A stretch of DNA of 64,000 nt from Candidatus Moraniibacteriota bacterium (GCA_026396175.1 JAPLXG010000006.1:2895-66894), one strand, 5' to 3'; shown: positions 40,953 to 51,003, counted from the first letter of the stretch. Numbers and translations are program-made. Notes: generated by a model not told the origin, from the letters alone.

Positions 40953-42830
40953 GTGAAAAAGAAGAAGACTAAAAAATTATTAGATGCGGTTAATTTTCCT
41001 TCAGATCTAAGAAAGCTACCAAAGGAAAAATTACCAAAATTTTGCGAGGAGATGCGCAGTTTTTTGATTGAAAGTGTGGCGCAAAGTGGTGGACATTTTG
41101 GATCAAACCTGGGCGTGGTTGAACTTACCGTGGTGCTGCATTATGTTTTTGATACGCCAAGAGATATTTTAGTTTGGGATGTCGGGCATCAGGCTTATGC
41201 GCACAAGATGCTGACCGGACGAAAAGATCAATTACATACGATTCGAAAAAAAGGCGGACTCGCTCCGTTTCCCAGAAGAGATGAAAGCGAATATGACACG
41301 ACGAATACCGGGCACACTAGCACTTCAATCAGCGTGGCGACAGGAATGGCGGTGGCAAATCGGAATAAAAAAAACGCACCCAATGTTGTCGCGGTAATCG
41401 GGGACGGTGCGCTTGGTGGCGGAATGGCGTTTGAGGCACTCAACCACGCGGGAGATATTAAGGCGGATATTTTAGTGGTGCTTAATGATAACAAGATGTC
41501 GATTTCGCCTAATGTTGGCGGAATGGAAAAATATTTGACGCGGCTCATTTCATCACCGGCCTATGTGAATTTGCGTGACAAAGGATTGAAGGCGTTAAAA
41601 GGCATGCCGACTGTGCAAAAGTTAGTGCACAAAGCTGGAATCCAGGTGCGTGGAGTAATTACTCCCGGAACAATGTTTGAAGAGTTGGGTTTCAAATATT
41701 ATGGACCGATTGATGGGCATGATACCGAGATGCTTTTGGAAGTTTTGGAAAATTTGAAAAAATTAAAAGGCCCGCGTTTTTTGCATGTGATTACCAAAAA
41801 AGGCAAAGGATATGCTCCGGCGGAAAAGGACAGTTTTTCATTGCACGCCGTTACGCCCTTTGATCCGGCAACCGGACAAAAAAACGGTTGCGTGAAAAAT
41901 ATTGCCTACACCGATGTTTTTGCCAATTGGATTTGCGAAAAAGCGAAAAGTGATTCAAAATTGCACGCGATTACACCAGCGATGACCGGAGGATCGGGAC
42001 TCATCAAATTTAGTGAGCAATTTCCTAAGCGTTTTTTTGATGTTGGCATTGCAGAACAGCACGCGCTGACTTTTGCGAGTGGCCTCGCTCTTCAGGGAAA
42101 AAAACCGGTCGTGGCGATTTATTCTTCTTTTTTGCAACGCGCTTACGATCAGTTGATTCATGATATTGCTTTGCCAAATTTGGATGTGCTTTTGGCGATT
42201 GATCGAGCAGGGATTGTCGGACCGGATGGGGCGACACACGCCGGCAGTTTTGATTTGTCATTTTTACGCGTTGTGCCGAATATGATTGTGATGGCGCCAT
42301 CGGATGAGCATGAATGTTATTCGATGTTGGAAGTGGGCTATAATTATCCCGGCCCGGCGGCAGTGCGCTATCCAAAAGGTGCTAATCTTTGCAGTTGCGG
42401 CGGAAAAAAAAGTCAGCCGATTGAAATTGGAAAAGCGAAAGTTGTGAGAGAGGGAAAGAATGTAGCGATCTTAGCTTTTGGGACAATGGTAGGTCGAAGT
42501 AACTATGCGGCAGAAAAGATTGATGCAACCTTGGTGGATATGCGCTTCGTGAAACCACTCGACGAAGAACTGCTGAAAAATTTAGCTAAGTCGCATAAGT
42601 ATTTCGTGACAGTTGAGGATAATGTGATTATGGGTGGAGCGGGTAGTGCGGTGAATGAATTTTTTGCGCGCGCCGGCTTGAATGTTAAAATTAAAAACCT
42701 CGGTTTGCCGGATCAGTTTCTTTCTCACGGTTTGCGTGGTGAAATTTTGGCGGAGGTTGGGCTGGGGGAAGGAGGGATTTTTGAGGCGGTGGAGAAGTTT
42801 GTGGTGGGTTCTCTACGAATTACGAATTAG
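40953..42830 (+). CDS. dxs: 1-deoxy-D-xylulose-5-phosphate synthase
   Basis: GGHFGSNLG, WDVGHQAY, GDGA..G, DRAGIVGPDGATH; probable GTG start at 40953 (40884 possible). Confidence 0.96.
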   Translation: MKKKKTKKLLDAVNFPSDLRKLPKEKLPKFCEEMRSFLIESVAQSGGHFGSNLGVVELTVVLHYVFDTPRDILVWDVGHQAYAHKMLTGRKDQLHTIRKKGGLAPFPRRDESEYDTTNTGHTSTSISVATGMAVANRNKKNAPNVVAVIGDGALGGGMAFEALNHAGDIKADILVVLNDNKMSISPNVGGMEKYLTRLISSPAYVNLRDKGLKALKGMPTVQKLVHKAGIQVRGVITPGTMFEELGFKYYGPIDGHDTEMLLEVLENLKKLKGPRFLHVITKKGKGYAPAEKDSFSLHAVTPFDPATGQKNGCVKNIAYTDVFANWICEKAKSDSKLHAITPAMTGGSGLIKFSEQFPKRFFDVGIAEQHALTFASGLALQGKKPVVAIYSSFLQRAYDQLIHDIALPNLDVLLAIDRAGIVGPDGATHAGSFDLSFLRVVPNMIVMAPSDEHECYSMLEVGYNYPGPAAVRYPKGANLCSCGGKKSQPIEIGKAKVVREGKNVAILAFGTMVGRSNYAAEKIDATLVDMRFVKPLDEELLKNLAKSHKYFVTVEDNVIMGGAGSAVNEFFARAGLNVKIKNLGLPDQFLSHGLRGEILAEVGLGEGGIFEAVEKFVVGSLRITN

Positions 42831-43133
42831 GTACGAATATACGAATTTAGGGAAAGCGATATAAAAAATATTTATGTCATTCTGAGCGGAGTGTAGCGAA
42901 GTCGAAGAATCTGCCTCAGGTTATTGCAAGTTTTGTAATAAATCGTAAAAACTAGGATTATCACAAGCAGATCCTTCGACTGCGTCCGGGTACGGACTTC
43001 GCTCAGGATGACAATTTTTTTATCCAAATGCATTTTACTAAATAATAATTTTTTAATAAGTATGAATGACGTTTTCTCTGTGAATTACGATTTATTATTC
43101 GTATATTCGTAAAGATTCGTAATTCGTAGAGAA
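42809..43133. repeat. TACGAAT-arm element enclosing a family B MITE (42875-43013)
   Basis: 19-bp perfect IR ttctctacgaattacgaat / attcgtaattcgtagagaa. Confidence 0.8.
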
Positions 43134-43137
43134 ACAC

Positions 43138-44808
43138 ATGAAAACAGACATCCAAATTGCCAAAGCTTCGAAAATGGAACCGATTGAAAGTGTGGCGGAG
43201 AAAATTGGGCTCACAAAAAGTGATTTAGAATTATATGGAAACTATAAAGCCAAATTAAAACCAGCGCTTTGGGAGAAAATTAAAAAGCAAAAAGATGGAA
43301 AATTGATTTTAGTAACAGCAATTAGTCCGACGCCGGCGGGGGAAGGCAAAACAACGACATCAATTGGATTGGCGATGGCGATGAATCGCCTTGGCAAAAA
43401 AACTATGCTAGCTCTGCGCGAGCCTTCACTTGGACCGTGTATGGGCGTGAAAGGTGGCGCGGCGGGCGGAGGATATTCCCAGGTGATGCCGATGGAAGAA
43501 ATTAATTTGCATTTCACGGGCGATCTGCACGCCATCACCACTGCCAATAATTTACTCTCGGCGATTATTGATAATCATATTTTTCAGGGGAATGTTTTGC
43601 AAATTGACGCGCGGCAAATTCTTTGGAAACGCGCGATGGATCTCAATGACCGGAATTTGCGAAACACAGTTGTGGGCTTGGGCGGAAAATCACAAGGCGT
43701 GCCACGAGAAGAAAGTTTCAACATTACCGTCGCATCAGAAATTATGGCGATTCTGTGCCTTAGTGAAAATTTAGCTGATCTCAAAAAACGGCTAGGAAAT
43801 ATTTTAGTTGCTTACACTTTTTCCGGCGAGCCGGTTTATGCGCGCTCCCTAAGCATTGTCGGAGCACTCACAGCGATTTTGAAAGATGCATTGAAACCAA
43901 ACCTTGTGCAAACCTTGGAGCACACGCCTGCCATCATTCATGGTGGACCATTTGCCAATATTGCGCACGGTTGCAATAGTATTTTAGCAACGCGCTATGG
44001 ATTGAAATTGGGAGATTATCTGATCACGGAAGCCGGCTTTGGAGCCGATCTTGGTGCGGAGAAATTTTTCAATATCAAGTGTCGCGTCGCAGGACTTCGT
44101 CCTGATGCAGTCGTGATCGTGGCGACAGTGCGCGCGCTCAAATATTCCGGTGGCATGGAAAAAGAAGCGCTAGTGATGCCGAGCCTAATTCATTTGAAAA
44201 AAGGTTTTGCCAATTTGGAAAAACATGTGGAAAATTTGAAAAAATTTGGTGTGCCAGTGGTTGTGGCGGTGAATGTTTTCCCAACGGACACGCAAAAAGA
44301 ATTAAAACTGCTCGAGCAAATGGTGAAAAAAATCGGTGCATCATATGCGCTGTCGCACGTTTGGGAAAAAGGCGGAGCGGGCGGTGAAGATTTGGCGAAA
44401 GTTGTTTTGGAAACTCTGGCCAAGAAAAAAGTGAACTTCAGAGTGCTCTATTCGGAACAATCGCATATCAAAGTGAAAATTGAAACCATCGCCCAAAAAA
44501 TTTATGGTGCGAAAAACGTGGAGTTCAGCTCGAAAGCGCAAAAGCAGATGGAAAAGTTGGAAAAAGAAAAATTAGACAAGTTGCCAATTTGTATTGCCAA
44601 AACGCAATATTCTTTTTCCGATGATCCAAAACTTTTGGGACGACCGAAGGGTTTCACGCTAAATATTCGCGAACTGCGAATTTCCAACGGCGCCGGATTC
44701 ATCGTGGCAATTGCTGGAGAAATTATGACAATGCCGGGATTGCCAAAAGTTCCCGCGGCCCAGATGATTGATGTGACCGAAGATGGGGAGATTGAAGGGT
44801 TGTTTTAG
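43138..44808 (+). CDS. fhs: formate-tetrahydrofolate ligase
   Basis: [36 protein letters not shown]. Confidence 0.98.
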   Translation: MKTDIQIAKASKMEPIESVAEKIGLTKSDLELYGNYKAKLKPALWEKIKKQKDGKLILVTAISPTPAGEGKTTTSIGLAMAMNRLGKKTMLALREPSLGPCMGVKGGAAGGGYSQVMPMEEINLHFTGDLHAITTANNLLSAIIDNHIFQGNVLQIDARQILWKRAMDLNDRNLRNTVVGLGGKSQGVPREESFNITVASEIMAILCLSENLADLKKRLGNILVAYTFSGEPVYARSLSIVGALTAILKDALKPNLVQTLEHTPAIIHGGPFANIAHGCNSILATRYGLKLGDYLITEAGFGADLGAEKFFNIKCRVAGLRPDAVVIVATVRALKYSGGMEKEALVMPSLIHLKKGFANLEKHVENLKKFGVPVVVAVNVFPTDTQKELKLLEQMVKKIGASYALSHVWEKGGAGGEDLAKVVLETLAKKKVNFRVLYSEQSHIKVKIETIAQKIYGAKNVEFSSKAQKQMEKLEKEKLDKLPICIAKTQYSFSDDPKLLGRPKGFTLNIRELRISNGAGFIVAIAGEIMTMPGLPKVPAAQMIDVTEDGEIEGLF

Positions 44809-44907
44809 TTTTTTAAAAACTTGACATTTAGCGCAATTTAGTTATACTACTTTGATGCTAATTTGGCATTAATTGTATCTAAACCTTTTTGGCATAAGGA
44901 GGTAAAC

Positions 44908-45159
44908 ATGAATTTTTCTGATAGTGAAATTGTTGGCCGTCTCGTTTTTATTGAGCAGTGTAAGGCGGAAGAACATGGCGAGTCTGTTCCGACCTGTGTC
45001 TGCCATCTGGTTGGAAAAAAAGTAACGATCGATAGAAGGCATGATACGCATTCTTTCGAAAATCCCTTATTTGTTACAAAAGGTTGGGGCGGCAGAATCA
45101 TCCAGCTGGACGAAATCGGGGTAATCGCTAAAGAGGAGGAATTTTATCTCAACATGTGA
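44908..45159 (+). CDS. hypothetical protein
   Basis: RBS AAGGAGGT; TTGACA..TATACT at 44821-44848. Confidence 0.65.
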   Translation: MNFSDSEIVGRLVFIEQCKAEEHGESVPTCVCHLVGKKVTIDRRHDTHSFENPLFVTKGWGGRIIQLDEIGVIAKEEEFYLNM

Positions 45160-45190
45160 CTTGTTCGAAACTAAGACGAGGAGGAATTCG

Positions 45191-45394
45191 ATGGCGAAAA
45201 GTTTTATTGGATACAAACTGGCAAGTCTTTATGTCGATGGATTGGATGTCCGCATCGACAAAAGAGACGGAACATCGTTTATTGTTACCGCCGATTCTCT
45301 CAATGTTTTAGAGGATCCGGTAACTGGCAAAACAATTAATGGCGAGGACGTTAGCATCTATGAATCCGAAATGCGAGATGTTGTCTCTGCCTAA
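45191..45394 (+). CDS. hypothetical protein
   Basis: RBS GAGGAGG. Confidence 0.6.
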   Translation: MAKSFIGYKLASLYVDGLDVRIDKRDGTSFIVTADSLNVLEDPVTGKTINGEDVSIYESEMRDVVSA

Positions 45395-45455
45395 GCGGAA
45401 AGTGCGTGCACCCTCTTGGCTGATTAAATTCGGCCAAGAGGTTTTTTTGTAGATT

Positions 45456-46667
45456 TTACAAATATTTAGAATCCCCCAGTTCTTCCGGCAAATAATTTTG
45501 TTCAGTGCTATCTTCAAGTGGGGTATATTTGTAGCCATTGCCATAACCTAATTCTTTCATCAGTTTTGTTGGCGCGTTGCGCAAATGAAGCGGGACAGGG
45601 AGATTGCCGAATTTTTCCACGTCTTTTTTAGCTTTGCCATAGGCGGCGTAGGCAGTGATGTCTTTTTTGGATTTGGCGAGATAAATAACACATTGGGCGA
45701 GGTGGACATTGCATTCGGGGTAGCCTAGTTTGTGGCAAGCGTCAAAAACTGCGTTGGCCAAAAGGAGGGCAGTGTTGTTGGCGAGGCCGATATCTTCGCT
45801 GGCGAATCGAACCAGACGTCGCGCGATGTAGAGTGGATCTTCTCCGCCTTCAATCATTCGCGCGAGCCAATAGACGGATGCGTCGGTGTTTCCTCCGCGC
45901 ATTGATTTATGCAGGGCTGAGATAATATTATAGTGTTCTTCGCCGGATTTATCATAGAGCAGATGGGATTTTTGCAGAACTTCTTTTATGAGCTCAGGGG
46001 TAATATTATCAGTTTGGTTGACGCAAGCCTCGAGAGTGTTGAGCGCCATGCGCGCATCGCCATTGGAAAGATTGGCGAGCAATTTTATGGTGTCGGAACT
46101 TATCCGTGGAGGCTCAACCTCCATTATGGAGGTTGAGCCTCCACGATGCGCAGTCTTGATTTTTTCCAGTGCTCTTTCGATAATTTTTTCCAAATCAGTC
46201 GGTGTCAATTTTTGCAAAACAAAAACACGGGTGCGAGAAACGAGGGCGGAGTTGACTTCGAAGCTGGGATTTTCCGTTGTCGCGCCGATGAGCGTGATTG
46301 TTCCATTTTCAACATAAGGCAAGAGCGCATCTTGCTGAGCTTTGTTCCAGCGATGGATTTCGTCGATAAAAAGAATCGTTTTTATGCTTCGGAGTTTGTT
46401 CTCTTGTGCTTTGGCAATAATTTCCAAAAGTATTTTTTTGCCAGATGAAACGGCACTGATTTTGAGAAATTCTGATTTAGTGGCGCTCGCAATGATGTGC
46501 GCAAGGGTGGTTTTTCCTGATCCGGGCGGACCCCAAAGAATCATCGAGGGAACATTATCGTTTTCAATGGCGCGAAAAAGATAGGAATTTTTTCCAATCA
46601 GTTTTTCTTGGCCGAAAAAGTCAATGAGATTTTGGGGGCGGATGAGGTCGGGGAGTGGGGTGGGCAT
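45456..46667 (-). CDS. rarA: replication-associated recombination protein A
   Basis: WGPPGSGKTT, DEIHR, GATTENPSF, ISALHKSMRG. Confidence 0.96.
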   Translation of the reverse strand: MPTPLPDLIRPQNLIDFFGQEKLIGKNSYLFRAIENDNVPSMILWGPPGSGKTTLAHIIASATKSEFLKISAVSSGKKILLEIIAKAQENKLRSIKTILFIDEIHRWNKAQQDALLPYVENGTITLIGATTENPSFEVNSALVSRTRVFVLQKLTPTDLEKIIERALEKIKTAHRGGSTSIMEVEPPRISSDTIKLLANLSNGDARMALNTLEACVNQTDNITPELIKEVLQKSHLLYDKSGEEHYNIISALHKSMRGGNTDASVYWLARMIEGGEDPLYIARRLVRFASEDIGLANNTALLLANAVFDACHKLGYPECNVHLAQCVIYLAKSKKDITAYAAYGKAKKDVEKFGNLPVPLHLRNAPTKLMKELGYGNGYKYTPLEDSTEQNYLPEELGDSKYL

Positions 46668-46977
46668 AAGTTTGAGAATTATTCTAAGCTCTAATTAACC
46701 TAATTGTTCTAAATAAATTCAACAGGCATATTCTGAGGATATTATATCACTGATTTTGAGTGGTTGGCAAGTCCTATTTTCAGTGTGTGCTATAATAGTG
46801 AATAAGAAGAATTTTCAATTTATCCTCAAAGGATAAGCTTGAAGCAAAAAATTTTCAAACAATTTCCAATTTTTTAATTTTGAAATTAAAAAGTACCGAG
46901 GGATAAATAATTAGAAATTGGAACATTGAGATTTGTTTAGAAATTGAAAATTAGAAATTAAAAAATTATTATAAGCT

Positions 46978-47826
46978 ATGACAAAAATAATCGACGGGAA
47001 AAAAATTGCGGAAGAAATCAGAGAGGAGTTGAAAAGCGAAGTTTTAGCTTTGGGAGAAAAAGGGATTGTGCCGGGGCTGGTTGTAATTTTGGTTGGGGAG
47101 GATAGTGCTTCACAAGTTTATGTTAGAAATAAAGAGCGTGTGGCAAAGGAGATTGGGATAAATTCTGAAGTTGTGAGATTGCCGGCGGAAACTTCGCAGG
47201 AAGAATTGGAAAAAATAATTTCAAAATATAACGCAGACGAAAAAATTCATGGAATTTTAGTGCAGTTGCCATTGCCGAATAATATCGATGCGAAAAGAAT
47301 TATCAATTTAATCGATCCGAAAAAAGATGTTGATTGTTTTCATCCGGAAAATGTTGGGCGGATGATGATTGGAGACGCGCGCTTTTTGCCTTGCACGCCG
47401 GCGGGAATTTTGGAACTTTTGGAGCGGAGCGAAGTTGCAGTGGAAGGAAAAAATGTAGTGATTGTGGGAAGGAGTAATATTGTGGGAAAACCTTTGGCGG
47501 TGATGCTTATCAATCTTGGAGCGACTGTGACAGTTTGTAATTCTAAAACTAAAAATCTAAAAGAGATTTGCGCGAGTGCAGATATTTTGGTTTCGGCGAC
47601 GGGACGTGCGGGACTAATCTGCGAGGAGATGGTAAAACAAGATTCTGTAGTAGTTGATGTAGGAATTAATCGCGATGCAGAGGGAAAGCTAGTCGGGGAT
47701 GTTGACTATATTCATGTTTGCGACAAAACACATTGCATCACGCCAGTGCCTGGCGGAGTGGGGCCAATGACGATTATGATGCTGATGCGGAATACTATTT
47801 TGGCGGCGAAGAATAGTTTGAGTTAG
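46978..47826 (+). CDS. folD: methylene-THF dehydrogenase/cyclohydrolase
   Basis: LVQLPLP, PCTPAG, GRSNIVGKP, TPVPGGVGPMT. Confidence 0.98.
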   Translation: MTKIIDGKKIAEEIREELKSEVLALGEKGIVPGLVVILVGEDSASQVYVRNKERVAKEIGINSEVVRLPAETSQEELEKIISKYNADEKIHGILVQLPLPNNIDAKRIINLIDPKKDVDCFHPENVGRMMIGDARFLPCTPAGILELLERSEVAVEGKNVVIVGRSNIVGKPLAVMLINLGATVTVCNSKTKNLKEICASADILVSATGRAGLICEEMVKQDSVVVDVGINRDAEGKLVGDVDYIHVCDKTHCITPVPGGVGPMTIMMLMRNTILAAKNSLS

Positions 47827-47840
47827 GTTTCTTATTTTTT

Positions 47841-47981
47841 TGTCATTCTGAGCGAAGCGGAGCGAAGTCGAAGAATCTGCTATAGGTTATTGTGAGCTTT
47901 GCAATAAATTGTAAAGATTAGGGTTATTGTAAGCAGATCCTTCGGCTGCGTCCTGAGTACAGGACTTCGCTCAGGATGACA
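47841..47981. mobile_element. family B MITE-like element
   Basis: TIR tgtcattctgagcg/cgctcaggatgaca. Confidence 0.88.
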
Positions 47982-48008
47982 CAATTTTTTATTATTAATT
48001 TTAAAAAT

Positions 48009-48302
48009 ATGCAAATCGAAGTCAAAAATGTGGAAGGTAATCCGGTGAATAATTTGCGCCGACTCGGGTATACATTTCAAAGGCACGAAGGGGACGAGAT
48101 GAGTTTTGTGCGTCCGATGGCCGCGGCGGGTTATCCGCGGTTTCATATGTATGTCAAAATGAATGGCACGGATATGCTGATTAATATTCATCTGGATGTC
48201 AAAAAAGAGACCTACGGTAATGATACGCGCCATCATGGGGAATATGAAAATAATGGGGCGTTGAAAGAAGAAGTGCGAAGACTTAGGGCGCTTTTGGAGT
48301 AA
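48009..48302 (+). CDS. hypothetical protein
   Basis: 97-aa ORF with YPRFH, HLD, H.GEY motifs. Confidence 0.75.
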   Translation: MQIEVKNVEGNPVNNLRRLGYTFQRHEGDEMSFVRPMAAAGYPRFHMYVKMNGTDMLINIHLDVKKETYGNDTRHHGEYENNGALKEEVRRLRALLE

Positions 48303-48350
48303 TGTTTGCCAAAATGGCTATTACGCCGTATGATAAATTGGTGTATATTA

Positions 48351-48434
48351 GGGGGTGTGGTGAAATTGGTATACACGTAGCGTTCAGAACGCTATGATCG
48401 CAAGGTCGTGAGAGTTCAAATCTCTCCATCCCCA
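48351..48434 (+). tRNA. tRNA-Leu(CAG)
   Basis: Type II cloverleaf, TTCAGAA loop. Confidence 0.95.
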
Positions 48435-48482
48435 CGAATCATGTAGCATATAACATGTAACATGAAGCAAAAAAATAAATCT

Positions 48483-48569
48483 GCCGCGGTGGTGAAATTG
48501 GTATACACGCCAGTCTTAGGAACTGGTGGATTTATCTCCGTGCGAGTTCGAGTCTCGCCCGCGGCACCA
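48483..48569 (+). tRNA. tRNA-Leu(TAG), CCA encoded
   Basis: CTTAGGA loop, long variable arm. Confidence 0.95.
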
Positions 48570-48623
48570 GTAATAATTGGCTAAGCGTCCCGCCGAGGCG
48601 GGATTCTCGCAATGGATTGGAGG

Positions 48624-48736
48624 CCTGTCCCGCACCATTTTCAATGGAGACTTATGATTTTAGTTAGAACGTGAGCGAAGCGGCTTCGCCTTTCGTCTAT
48701 TCTGTATATAAAATCTTTCCTAAAAATGGTGCGGGA
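48624..48736 (+). mobile_element. CCTG-TCCCGCACCATTTT...AAAATGGTGCGGGA element
   Basis: 14-bp perfect IR; variant of the tRNA-carrying elements, with non-tRNA filler. Confidence 0.75.
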
Positions 48737-48764
48737 TGAAAGTCCTCTTCTGGGCACAAGTGTT

Positions 48765-49724
48765 ATGCAAAAAATAATCATCACAAAAGACAGTTCGGGA
48801 GAGCGATTGGATAAATTCCTCAGTAGCGGGGATTTTTTTGATGGCAAGATTACTCGGAGTGAAATTTCTCGGCAGATTAAAGCTGGGACAATTTTGGTGA
48901 ACGGGGAGAAAGTGAAATCGGGCTATGTACTTAAAAATAACGATGTGATTACTTTTGATTTCATCTTCACTGAAGAAAAAATAATTTTGCCGAAAGAGAA
49001 AAAAGAACTGCCGATTATTTTTTCCGATGAAAATATTATTGTGATTGATAAACCGGCGGGAATGCAGGTGCATCCGGATGATACGCGAAAGGAAGAAACA
49101 CTAGTGAATTATTTGGTGGCGCAATTTCCAGAAATTGAAACTGTTTGTGATAATACCAAGGAAGGAAAGTTGCGACCGGGAATTGTGCATCGGTTGGATA
49201 AGGATACGAGTGGCGTGATTGTGGTCGCAAGAAATATGGAAACATTCCTAGAACTGAAAAGGCAATTTCAAGACAAAGAAGTGGAAAAAAAATATCAAGC
49301 AATTGTGTACGGCGTGCCAGATCCGGCGGAAGGCGTGATTGAAAAAGCATTGGCGCGCTCGGGGGATTATCGTCGGCAAGTAGTGGCAGGACATAAAACT
49401 CGAACAAAAATTCGCGAAGCAGTCACTGGTTATCGAACGCTAAAAACACTGGGAGATAATTTTGCTCTTTTAGAACTTTCCCCTAAAACCGGACGGATGC
49501 ATCAGATTCGGGTGCATCTGACTTCAATCGGGCATCCGATTGTGGGGGATAAAAAGTATTTCTTGAGAGGCATCGAGCGACTCGATTCGGCCAGAAGGCA
49601 GTTGCTCCACGCACAGTCAATCAAATTTACGCTTTTTGGCAATGGTTATGAATTTAGCTCGCCACCTCCGCAGGATTTTTTGGATTTCGCCCATTTCCTT
49701 GACGAAACGGCTGGAAAGAGATAG
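48765..49724 (+). CDS. rluD: RluA/RluD pseudouridine synthase
   Basis: S4 domain, IVHRLDKDTSG, TGRMHQIRVH. Confidence 0.93.
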   Translation: MQKIIITKDSSGERLDKFLSSGDFFDGKITRSEISRQIKAGTILVNGEKVKSGYVLKNNDVITFDFIFTEEKIILPKEKKELPIIFSDENIIVIDKPAGMQVHPDDTRKEETLVNYLVAQFPEIETVCDNTKEGKLRPGIVHRLDKDTSGVIVVARNMETFLELKRQFQDKEVEKKYQAIVYGVPDPAEGVIEKALARSGDYRRQVVAGHKTRTKIREAVTGYRTLKTLGDNFALLELSPKTGRMHQIRVHLTSIGHPIVGDKKYFLRGIERLDSARRQLLHAQSIKFTLFGNGYEFSSPPPQDFLDFAHFLDETAGKR

Positions 49725-49884
49725 TATAAAAAAGCGAAAAATTGCACCACATGGTGAGATTTTCAGTGAAGTTTGAAAGGCTTTTGAGGCCTATTTTAGT
49801 TTAAAGTAATAATTTGCTATAATAGTATACGAATGGCGCGCTATTCCGAGAGCTCGGGACGCACATGCGAATATGTGAAAAAGT

Positions 49885-50334
49885 ATGGAAAAGAAAATTA
49901 TCGAATTTAATGCATCGCAGAGAGCTGTCAAAAACGAGCAGGAGTTTCACAGTGGAGATGTAGTGAAGGTATTCCTCCGAATCAAAGAAGGCGCCAAAGA
50001 AAGGACGCAACTTTTTGAAGGTCTCATTATCGCGGTCAAGGGTGGACAAAGTTCTTCTCCGACAATTACTGTGCGAAAAGTGACACATGACGTGGGAGTG
50101 GAAATGATTATTCCCGTTGGCTCTAAAAATGTGGAAAAGATTGAACTCGTGAAACGGGCTAAGGTGCGTCGCGCAAAATTATATTATGTCCGAACGCTGA
50201 CAACTAAACAAAGCCGGATGAAATATAAGGACGTCAAAGATGTGAATAAAAAAAATAAGCCAAAAGTTGAAGCTGTTAAGGCAGAAGTGGCTCCCGAGAA
50301 AATAGAAGAAAAAGTCGACGAAACTAAAGCTTAA
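49885..50334 (+). CDS. rplS: 50S ribosomal protein L19
   Basis: IKEGAKERTQLFEG, KVRRAKLYY. Confidence 0.97.
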   Translation: MEKKIIEFNASQRAVKNEQEFHSGDVVKVFLRIKEGAKERTQLFEGLIIAVKGGQSSSPTITVRKVTHDVGVEMIIPVGSKNVEKIELVKRAKVRRAKLYYVRTLTTKQSRMKYKDVKDVNKKNKPKVEAVKAEVAPEKIEEKVDETKA

Positions 50335-50376
50335 ATAGTTTCTTATGGCCTTCGTGGTGCCATGCCTCGTCGGCAG

Positions 50377-50526
50377 GCCCCACACCATTTCACGTTTGAT
50401 TCCAAGTTATTTTTAAAATATATTGGGGGTATGGTGGAATTGGTATACACACATGCTTGAGGTGCATGGCCTTTATCGGCATGAGGGTTCGAGTCCCTCT
50501 ATCCCCACACAGAAATGGTGTGGGGC
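50377..50526. mobile_element. GCCCCACACCATTTC IR element carrying tRNA-Leu(GAG)
   Basis: 15-bp perfect IR at 50377-50391 / 50512-50526. Confidence 0.85.
50425..50507 (+). tRNA. tRNA-Leu(GAG)
   Basis: TTGAGGT loop, type II cloverleaf. Confidence 0.95.
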
Positions 50527-50603
50527 AAATATTCAACATATAATAAATAGAAGTTTACTTAGTTTTTTGTTACATGTTTTATGCTATATGTTGTATGACC
50601 CAG

Positions 50604-50676
50604 GGATCCTTAGCTCAATGGCTAGAGCACCTCGTTTACACCGAGGGGGTTATAGGTTCGAGTCCTATAGGGTCCA
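50604..50676 (+). tRNA. tRNA-Val(TAC)
   Basis: CCTCG-TTTACAC-CGAGG anticodon arm. Confidence 0.95.
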
Positions 50677-50680
50677 CAGT

Positions 50681-51003
50681 GCCGAGTTAGCTCAGTGGTA
50701 GAGCAGAGGACTGGTTTTCGGTCCGTTCCAGAGTAATTTGGAAATGAAAATTGGATGAATTCGAGGAAGCCTAAAACTAATTTTATTAGAAATGGTAATC
50801 TCGAGCTAAGCTTCAAAGGGCTTAAGGTTTTGAAGAAAGTGTAGAGACTAGCAAGTGAGTCCCAACAATAATCTTGCGCTAGCGTCCAATATCCTATTTT
50901 GCTAGTTAGTAAAAGGATAATGAAATAGTCCGATCCTTGGGGAAACTCAAGAAAAATAACAAGGAAAATCCTTGTGTCCCCGGTTCAATCCCGGGACTCG
51001 GCA
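50681..51003 (+). tRNA. tRNA-Phe(GAA), intron-containing (exons 50681-50712 and 50964-51003)
   Basis: Joined exons give GCCGAGTTAGCTCAGTGGTAGAGCAGAGGACT-GAAAATCCTTGTGTCCCCGGTTCAATCCCGGGACTCGGCA. Confidence 0.93.
50713..50963 (+). ncRNA. group I self-splicing intron (251 nt) at tRNA position 33/34
   Basis: Exon ends in U; P1 GGACU/GGUCC with U.G wobble; P7 elements GAGACTA / ATAGTCC; terminal G. Confidence 0.9.
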
